Assembly (NCBI GenBank): GCA_002104905.1 | Contig: MCFE01000721.1 | Location: 1-42,180 of the forward strand | DNA length: 42,180 nt | DNA from: Basidiobolus meristosporus CBS 931.73 | Taxonomy: Eukaryota; Fungi; Basidiobolomycota | Reading direction: 5' to 3' | Part shown: piece by piece, positions 34,265-42,180 of the stretch | Layout: every line of letters begins with the position of its first letter | How positions within the stretch are numbered: the stretch's first letter is position 1 | Notes under the pieces: generated by a model | The model's database searches: none | What the model was told of the DNA's origin: nothing | Seen by the model: only the letters and a program-made list of their open reading frames with translations | Position numbers and translations under genes: made by a program

Positions 34265-35683
34265 ATTACCTGCCAGGCTGGATTTCATGTCAGGATACAC
34301 CAGATTAGGGTGAAGCCAGAAGACATCCCTAAGACAGCATTCAGGACCAGATATGGACATTACAAGTACTTAGTCATGAGTTTTGGCCTCACCAATGCCC
34401 CTGCAACTTTCATGACCCTGATGCAGACGGTCTTCCAGGAGTACTTAGACAAGTTTGTCATAATCTACCTTGATGATATACTGATATACAGCAAGACAGA
34501 AGAGGATCACTTGGTGCACATTGAAAAGGTCTTGAAGAAGCTAAGAGAGAACAAGCTTTATGGCAAGCTACCCAAGTGTGAATTCTTCAAGGAACACGTA
34601 GAATATCTGGGACACATAGTGACTAGCACTGGAGTAACCGTAGACCCCAAGAAGGTGGAAGTATTCAAGAATTTGAAGCAGCCCCATAGCATATCAGAAC
34701 TCAGATCATTCCTTGGAATGGTTTCCTATTATTGGAGATTTGTCAAGTCTTTTGCAAGTATTGCAGCCCCTTTAACTGATATCCTCAAGAAAGACAATAC
34801 CTACAAGTGGGACATAGCTTGTGAGACTGCCTTCCAGACGCTCAAGAATGAACTTGCTAAGCTGCCAAACTTAAGAATACCAGACTTCAGAAAAGAGCTC
34901 ACTCTGTGCACAGATGCTTCAGATTATGCAATTGGTGGAGTGCTGAGCCAAGAACACAAGGGAAAGGACTACCCTGTTGCCTTTGAATCCAAGAAACTGA
35001 ACTCAGCAGAACAAAACTATCCAGTCCATGAGAAGGAGATGCTTGCTATAATACACTGTTTGAAGACATGGAGATGCTATATTGAAGGAGTCAAATGCAC
35101 TGTGAAGACTGATCATGCCTCCCTCAAGTATATACTTACTCAGAAGGTACTCTCTAGAAGAATGACAAGATGGAGTGAATACATTCAGCAATTTGACCTG
35201 GAGATTGTCTACTCTCCTGGAAAAAACAACACGGTTGCTGATGCCTTATCAAGATTAGATCAAGTTGCACAACTCAACTTGGTGCATGAATCAGATTGGC
35301 CTAGTCTATTACCAAAGTACTTAGAGGACCAAGCCATTCCTAATGAGGTGGATGAAGATATCAAGAAGATAATCCGTGATGAAGCCAGCAAATTTGTTGT
35401 ACAGGATGAAGCACTCTACCAAATTGTTGATGAAAGCCCTATTGCCTATTGTCCATATGTTGCTGGCCTGGATTTAATAAATAAGCTACACAATGGATAT
35501 GGACATCTTGGGATTGAAGGAACCTATAGCCTTGTGAAAGCCAGAGCATGGTGGCCCAGAATGAAACAAGATATTGAGAAGCTAGTGAAAACATGCCCAA
35601 ACTGCCAAATCAATCAAGGCCAGCCACAAAGAGTTGCCAAACTCTTCCCTTTGGAGCCTGTAGGACCATTTCAGAGATGGTGA
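34157..35683 (+). pseudogene. pol: RT C-terminal half + RNase H + IN zinc finger of G1; N-terminal ~36 codons from F3
   Basis: [16 protein letters not shown] and HHCC motifs; TGA at 35681-83 where G2 has GGA. Confidence 0.9.
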
Positions 35684-36562
35684 ACTGACTTTATTGGAAG
35701 ACTGCCAACTACCAGGAAATGCAACTGTTGGATCCTAGTAGCAATTGACCACGCCACTAAATGGCCAGTTGCTAAAGCTGTACCAATAGCCAGTGAACAA
35801 GAAGTTGCAAGTTTCATTTACCATGAGATCCTGATGAAGTTTGGATGCCCTGTGTAGATCTTATCCAATAGAGGTGCAAACTTTATGGTAAAGACTTTAG
35901 AGGCTTACCTGGAAATGCAGAAGATCAGACACTTGAAAACCTTGGCATATCACCCCAGAACTAAAGGAGTCACTGAGCGGTTTAATGGATTATTTGGAAA
36001 AATGCTGACCAAGTATACAAATGGAGTTGTCAGTAGATGGAATGAGTATATAGACCAAGCACTCTTTGCATGCAGAGTCAGAGTACACAACACCACCCAG
36101 CAATCACCATTTTACTTAGTTTATGGATGTGAACCAAGGATTCCAGGAGATCTCACACAACCAAAACTTACAGACACCTTAGAAGATGAACTCAGTCAGC
36201 CAAGTAGACACCAGCAACTGGAACAAAGACGTCAAGAGGCACAGACCAAAGTATCTCAAAGTGCAGAAAAGATGAAGCAGAGATTTGATAAGACTATAGC
36301 ACCAGAAGCATTGATAGTTGGGAACTTTGTATTGCTAAGAAACAACACTCGGAAGAAGTTTGAGCAACAATGGACAGCACCATTCAAGATCATCAGAGAA
36401 TGTCCATTTGCAACTTACCAACTGGTGGACAAACAAGGCAATATCCGGGAAGACTTAGTGCATAGGGACAGACTCAAGCTTGCAAGACTTGCTGATAATA
36501 CTGAACCATCAAGATATTGGTATCACAAGAAGAGAGATTCAGGAGAATCCTCTCTACTTTAG
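35684..36562 (+). pseudogene. pol: Integrase core/C-terminus of G1 with a TAG at ~35854
   Basis: ORF 35885-36562 (AYHPRT, ERFN). Confidence 0.9.
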
Positions 36563-36572
36563 TAGGGGAGAA
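36561..36572 (+). other. Polypurine tract of G1 (AGTAGGGGAGAA)
   Basis: Directly precedes the 3' LTR. Confidence 0.9.
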
Positions 36573-36940
36573 TGCTATGATCTGCCGCTTGAATGTCTAA
36601 GTTAGATCAGTTTTTAGTCAAATCAATTAGTATATGTTTAGGTTATCAGTATATCAGTATTATCTATGAAATCAGTAGCATTAGTCAGCAAATGAATCAG
36701 CAGATCCTTATCAGACAGAAATAGATATAATAAGTAGGATCTTATTGGGTGATGATGATGTAACCAAATGAGTCATCAGCCACAACCTACATTAGGAAAT
36801 ACAATTAGTCAGCAATTGATCTGGCAAAATGTATATAAGGAGCTGCTGGAACCTCAATAAAAATCAGTTCAAGTTTTAGTGAATACAATACTAGCTATAT
36901 TCCCTATTTCTCTACAACTCTTATACCAAGACTTGTAACA
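36573..36940 (+). repeat. 3' LTR of G1
   Basis: Direct repeat of 31783-32150. Confidence 0.97.
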
Positions 36941-37212
36941 CAACTCTATCAAGGCTTGTAATACTACCATTTCTAATATTAATTCTTGTACATTTCACTC
37001 ATATATGCATAACTGAGCATGGCAAAGTTGGGGTTCAGTCACTGAGTGTTTGCTTTACTTGGCAATAGTCAGTCCTCATCTATTCCAGGCACATATAGTA
37101 GATCAGTTGACTTAATGATGCAGCCCTTGAGCTGCAACAAATATTAAGGCTTGCAATCTATTAATAATGGCCTTCTATGTAAGATATCTTTCCAACATTA
37201 TTCTCTTACTGG

Positions 37213-37968
37213 TGTTACAAGTGTTGAAACAAGAGTTGTAGAGGAGTAAGGACTTTAGTTAGTAGTATATCTACTAAAACTTGAAGTGACCTTTGTTGAG
37301 ATTCCAGCTGCTCCTTGTATACGTTTTGGCAGATCAATAACTGACGAATTGTAAACTCAAACTGACCTTTATTGGGATTGCAGCAGCTCATATACTTTTT
37401 GCTAGATCAATTGTTGACTAACTGTATTTCCTAATGTAGATTGTGGCTGATGACTGATTGAAATACATCACCTACACCCAAGTTAGGTCTACCAAATATA
37501 TCTAACACTGTCTGATCTGAATCTACTGATTTATCTGCTGACTAATATCACTTATTTGATATAAAATACAGATTTACTGACAGGATTGACATAAGACTGA
37601 TCAGTTTGACTAATAGTACGTCTTACTTGAATATTTGCGCAGTAGATCATAATATTCTTCCAGGTCAATACTGACAGGGTTCTCCTGAGTCTCATTTCTA
37701 GTGATTCAAAATTTTGAGTACTGAGCATTATCAGTAAGTCTTGCAAACTTAAGTCTCAGTGTATAAGCTAAGTCTTCTCAGATATTCCCTTGTTTTTTAA
37801 CTAGTTGGTAAGTTAAATTGGATATTCTCAGATGAGCTTGAGTGGTCCCTGTCAATGTGGCTTAATAATTTCCCAGTGTTGTTCTTCACTAGTACAAAGT
37901 TGCAAATGGTGAATGCCCCTGGCAATATGGGCTCATCAAATCTCCACATCATATTTCTGCACTTTAAA
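37213..37968 (-). mobile_element. Old gypsy copy G4: 3' LTR (37213-37654, with ~75-bp internal duplication) plus integrase C-terminus
   Basis: TGTTACAAG start; homology to 38707-39400. Confidence 0.85.
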
Positions 37969-38706
37969 TATCATTATCTATGTAGATCCCACTTAATATA
38001 TCTGTTACTGTGAGATAAGAATATGTGTATTCATCTGCTGACTAATGCTACTGATTTGATAAATATCACTGATGTACTGATAGGCTAAACATATAATTAA
38101 TTGATTTGACTAAGAACTCACTAACTTAAACATTTAAGCAGTAGACCATAACATTCTCCCCTATTGAAGTTGAGAGGGCTCTCCTGAATCTCTTTTCTTG
38201 TGATACCAATATCTTGATGGTTCAGTGTTTTTGGCAAGTCTTGCAAGCTTGAGTCAGTTGTTATGAACCTAATCCTCCCAGATATTCCCCAGTTTGGCCA
38301 CTAGTTGTCATGTTACAAATGGACATTCTCTGATGATCTTCAAAGGTGCTGTTCATTGCGGCTCAAACTACTTTTGAGTATTGTTTCTCAGCAATATAAT
38401 GTTCCCAACTGTCAATGATTCTGGTGATATAGTCTAATCCAATCTCTGCTTTATGTTTTCTGCACTTTGAGATACTTTGGCCTGTGCCTCTTGATGTCTT
38501 TGTCCAGCTGTGGGTGTCAACTTGGCTGACTGAGCTCATCTTGTATAGCATCTGTAGCCTTGGTTGTGTGAGATCTCCTGGTATCCTTGGTTCACATCCG
38601 TATACTAAGTAAAATGGCAATTGTTGGGTGGTGTTATGTACTCTAACCTTGCAGGCAAAAAGTGCTTGGTCTATATACTCATCCCATCTTCTGACAGCTC
38701 CATGTG
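37969..38706 (-). mobile_element. Old gypsy copy G3: partial 3' LTR (to 38153), PPT and integrase C-terminus, interrupted by G2
   Basis: Homologous to 38900-39625; ORF 38363-38620 ([15 protein letters not shown]). Confidence 0.9.
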
Positions 38707-39074
38707 TGTTACAAGTCTTGGTATAAGAGTTGTAGAGGAATAGGGAGTTTAGCTAGTATTGTATTCACTAAAACTTGAACTGATTTTTATTGAGGTTCCA
38801 GCAGCTCCTTATATACATTTTGCCAGATCAATTGCTGACTAATTGTATTTCCTAATGTAGGTTGTGGCTGATGACTCATTTGATTGCATCATCATCACCC
38901 AATAAGATCCTACTTAATATATCTATTTCTGTCTGATAAGGATCTGCTGATTCATTTGCTGACTAATGCTACTGATTTCATAGATAATACTGATGTACTG
39001 ATAACCTAAACATATACTAATTGATTTGACTAAAAACTGATCTAACTTAAACATTCAAGCGGCAGATCATAACA
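38707..39074 (-). repeat. 3' LTR of G2 (368 bp)
   Basis: Reverse complement differs from the G1 5' LTR at ~4 sites. Confidence 0.97.
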
Positions 39075-39084
39075 TTCTCCCCTA

Positions 39085-41874
39085 CTAAAGTTGAGAGGGT
39101 TCTCCTGAATCTCTTTTCTTGTGATACCAATATCTTGATGGTTCAGTATTATCAGCAAGTCTTGCGAGCTTGAGTCTGTCCCTATGCACTAAGTCTTCCC
39201 GGATATTACCTTGCTTGTCCACCAGTTGGTAAGTTGCAAATGGACATTCTCTGATGATCTTGAATGGTCCTGTCCATTGTGGCTCAAACTTCTTCCGAGT
39301 GTTGTTTCTTAGCAATACAAAGTTCCCAACTGTCAATGCTTCTGGTGCTATAGTCTTATCAAATCTCTGCTTCATCTTTTCTGCACTTTGAGATACTTTG
39401 GTCTGTGCCTCTTGACGTCTTTGTTCCAGTTGCTGGTGTCTACTTGGCTGACTAAGTTCATCTTCTAAGGCATCTGTAAGCTTGGGTTGTGTGAGATCTC
39501 CTGGAATCCTAGGTTCACATCCATAAACTAAGTAAAATGGTGATTGCTGGGTGGTGTTGTGTACTCTGACTCTGCATGCAAAGAGTGCTTGGTCTATATA
39601 CTCATCCCATCTACTGACAACTCCATTTGCATACTTAGTCAGCATTTTTCCAAATAATCCATTAAACCGCTCAGTGACTCCATTAGTTCTGGGGTGATAT
39701 GCCGAGGTTTTCAAGTGTCTGATCTGCTGCATTTCCAGGTAAGCCTCTAATGTCTTTGCCATAAAGTTTGCACCTCTATTGGATAAGATCTCCACAGGGC
39801 ATCCAAACTTCATCAGGATCTCATGGTAAATGAAACTTGCAACTTCTTGTTCACTGGCTATTGGTACGGCTTTAGCAACTGGCCATTTAGTGGCATGGTC
39901 AATAGCTACTAGGATCCAACGGTTACATTTCCTGGTAGTTGGCAGTCTTCCAATAAAGTCAATTCCCCATCTCTCAAATGGTCTGACAGGCTCCAAAGGG
40001 AAGAGTTCGGCAATTCTTTGTGGCTGGCCCTGATTGATTTGGCAGTTTGGGCATGTTTTCACTAGCTTCTCAATATCTTGTTTCATTCTGGGCCACCATG
40101 CTCTGGCTTTCACAAGGCTATAGGTTCCTTCAATCCCAAGATGTCCATATCCATTGTGTAGCTTATGTATTAAATCCAGGCGAGCAACATAAGGACAATA
40201 GGCAATAGGGCTTCCATCAACAATTCGGTAGAGTGTTTCATCCTGTACAACAAATTTGCTGGCTTCATCCCGGATTATCTTCTTGATATCTTCATCCACC
40301 TCATTAGGAATGGCTTGGTCCTCCAAGTACTTTGGTAATAGGCTAGGCCAATCTGATTCATGCACCAAGTTGAGTTGTGCAACTTGATCTAATCTTGATA
40401 AGGCATCAGCAACCGTGTTGTTTTTTCCAGGGCAGTAGACAATCTCCAGGTCAAATTGCTGAATGTATTCACTCCATCTTGTCATTCTTCTAGAGAGTAC
40501 CTTCTGAGTAAATATATACTTGAGGGAGGCATGATCAGTCTTCACAGTGCATTTGACTCCTTCAATATAGCATCTCCATGTCTTCAAACAGTGTATTATA
40601 GCAAGCATCTCCTTCTCATGGACTGGATAGTTTTGTTCTGCTGAGTTCAGTTTCTTGGATTCAAAGGCAACAGGGTAGTCCTTTCCCTCGTGTTCTTGGC
40701 TCAGCACTCCACCAATTGCATAATCTGAAGCATCTGTGCATAGAGTGAACTCTTTTCTGAAGTCTGGTATTCTTAAGCTTGGCAACTTAGCAAGTTCATT
40801 CTTTAGCGTCTGGAAGGCAGTCTCACAAGCTATGTCCCACTTGTAGGTATTGTCTTTCTTGAGGATATCAGTTAAAGGGGCTGCAATACTTGCAAATGAC
40901 TTGACAAATCTCCGATAATAGGAAACCATTCCAAGGAAGGATCTGAGTTCTGATATGCTATGGGGCTGCTTCAAATTCTTGATTACTTCCACCTTCTTGG
41001 GGTCTAAGGTTACTCCTGTGCTAGTCACTATGTGTCCCAGATATTCTACGTGTTCCTTGAAGAATTCACACTTGGCTAGCTTGCCATATAGCTTGTTCTC
41101 TCTTAGTTTCTTCAACACCTTTTCAATGTGTACCATGTGATCCTTTTCTGTCTTGCTGTATATCAATATGTCATCCAGGTAGATTATCACAAACTTGTCT
41201 AAGTACTCCTGAAAGACAGTCTGCATCAGCGTCATGAATGTTGCAGGGGCATTAGTGAGGCCAAAACTCATGACTAAGTACTCGTAATGTCCATATCTGG
41301 TCCTGAATGCTGTCTTAGGGATATCTTCTGGTTTTACCCTAATCTGGTTGTATCCTGACATGAGGTCAATCTTGCTGAAAATAGTGGCTCCATTAAGTTG
41401 GTCTAAAAGCTCATCAATCCGAGGTATGGGGTACTTATTCTTGACGGTAACTGAGTTCAGGGCTCTGTAGTCAATGCACATCCTAAGTGTTCCATCCTTC
41501 TTTTTCACAAAAAGCACTGGTGCTCCCCAAGGTGACTTGCTGGGCCTGATGTATCCTTGCTCCAATAGCTGATCAATTTGTTTCTTCATTTCCTCCAATT
41601 CCAATGGACTCATTCTGTAAGGTGTCTTGCTCACTGGAGGGCTATCTCCTGTGTCAATGGCATGATCCACGTCTCTGACTGGTGGTAGGCTTACAAGCTC
41701 ATCTGGAAACACGTCTGAATATTTCTTCAAGAGAGTCTGGACCTGCTGGGGTGCTGGGATAGAGGAATCCTCCTGTAATACCGCTATGAGGAACATCTGG
41801 GTACCTTTTCTAAGTGCTCTACAGAACTGGGTCTTGCTAAGTTCACTTGTCTCACACACACTGGAATTGACCAA
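39085..41874 (-). CDS. pol: gypsy Pol (RT-RNase H-integrase), 929 aa
   Basis: [31 protein letters not shown]; second integrase Asp appears as Asn (ILSNRG). Confidence 0.95.
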   Translation of the reverse strand: MVNSSVCETSELSKTQFCRALRKGTQMFLIAVLQEDSSIPAPQQVQTLLKKYSDVFPDELVSLPPVRDVDHAIDTGDSPPVSKTPYRMSPLELEEMKKQIDQLLEQGYIRPSKSPWGAPVLFVKKKDGTLRMCIDYRALNSVTVKNKYPIPRIDELLDQLNGATIFSKIDLMSGYNQIRVKPEDIPKTAFRTRYGHYEYLVMSFGLTNAPATFMTLMQTVFQEYLDKFVIIYLDDILIYSKTEKDHMVHIEKVLKKLRENKLYGKLAKCEFFKEHVEYLGHIVTSTGVTLDPKKVEVIKNLKQPHSISELRSFLGMVSYYRRFVKSFASIAAPLTDILKKDNTYKWDIACETAFQTLKNELAKLPSLRIPDFRKEFTLCTDASDYAIGGVLSQEHEGKDYPVAFESKKLNSAEQNYPVHEKEMLAIIHCLKTWRCYIEGVKCTVKTDHASLKYIFTQKVLSRRMTRWSEYIQQFDLEIVYCPGKNNTVADALSRLDQVAQLNLVHESDWPSLLPKYLEDQAIPNEVDEDIKKIIRDEASKFVVQDETLYRIVDGSPIAYCPYVARLDLIHKLHNGYGHLGIEGTYSLVKARAWWPRMKQDIEKLVKTCPNCQINQGQPQRIAELFPLEPVRPFERWGIDFIGRLPTTRKCNRWILVAIDHATKWPVAKAVPIASEQEVASFIYHEILMKFGCPVEILSNRGANFMAKTLEAYLEMQQIRHLKTSAYHPRTNGVTERFNGLFGKMLTKYANGVVSRWDEYIDQALFACRVRVHNTTQQSPFYLVYGCEPRIPGDLTQPKLTDALEDELSQPSRHQQLEQRRQEAQTKVSQSAEKMKQRFDKTIAPEALTVGNFVLLRNNTRKKFEPQWTGPFKIIRECPFATYQLVDKQGNIREDLVHRDRLKLARLADNTEPSRYWYHKKRDSGEPSQL

Positions 41875-42176
41875 GTTGAAATCCAGCCTGGCAGGTAATA
41901 GCTCATAGGTCTTGTTGTCTTTTTGGATCTGAGTAGCATGGTTCTCCAGTTGATTGATGGATTACGACAAAATAGCCAGGTTTTCCCAAGTACAAGGTCA
42001 AACTTGCAGTTCCCAAATATATAAGCCTGTAGGTCTTCTTCATAGTCATTGATCTTCATTCTTACTGGCTGGGTAATACGGTTGATTATGTGGGAGTTCC
42101 CATCAGCTGTGGAGACTGAAGTTGATTTGGTAGGTTCCGAGTTGATTCCAGCTTTCAAAGCAAATTGCTCTGACAT
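41784..42176 (-). pseudogene. Protease C-terminus of G2, shifted out of the pol frame by a 1-bp deletion at ~41940
   Basis: G2 TGGAGAACCATG vs G1 TGGAGAACCCATG and G6 TGGAGAATCTATG. Confidence 0.8.
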
Positions 42177-42180
42177 GTAC

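Larger units (their letters stand above)
31783..36940 (+). mobile_element. Ty3/gypsy LTR retrotransposon G1 with both LTRs, carrying F3 and a 516-bp RT deletion
   Basis: Two 368-bp LTRs (9 differences by eye), CAAC TSD (31779-82 / 36941-44), PBS, PPT, gag-PR-RT-RH-IN order. Confidence 0.98.
38707..42180 (-). mobile_element. Ty3/gypsy copy G2, youngest, running off the window end
   Basis: 3' LTR 38707-39074, PPT 39075-39086, uninterrupted RT-RH-IN. Confidence 0.98.

Noticed and set aside
1236-41140. Many short antisense or alternate-frame ORFs over copia and gypsy pol (e.g. 2610-2792, 4127-4378, 35003-35191, 40456-40644)
   Set aside because: Shadows of TE coding frames, repeated only because the elements are repeated.
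41935-41945. Programmed ribosomal frameshift in G2
   Set aside because: No slippery heptamer, and G1 and G6 lack the shift.
1-42180. Ascomycete-type RIP
   Set aside because: The differences I could align are mostly at CpG rather than CpA. Not computed, so RIP is unsupported rather than excluded.

Overview
Eukaryotic transposon graveyard. The host is probably fungal, inferred from tRNA-iMet primer sites and CpG decay. No intact host gene, rRNA, tRNA or CRISPR array was seen. 529-13122: three decayed copies of one Ty1/copia family in alternating orientation (-,+,-), flanked by remnants of a non-LTR-like element. 18-42 kb: nested copies, fragments and solo LTRs of one Ty3/gypsy family (368-bp LTR, gag-PR-RT-RH-IN). 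The youngest copies are G1 (31783-36940, +) and G2 (38707 to window end, -). Also present: two G-rich solo LTRs of another family and a remnant of a second copia family. Most notable: (1) three copies of a ~730-bp, almost fully palindromic non-coding DNA transposon (AGACTTG...CAAGTCT) with 3-bp ANT target duplications (AAT, ACT, ATT), the signature of Pangu-type PHIS elements; one copy is a 1.2-kb chimera. (2) An AT-rich AIG1/GIMAP-like P-loop GTPase pseudogene that becomes visible only after excising a solo LTR and one palindromic element (202 codons). All identities and counts are by-eye alignments, not computed values.
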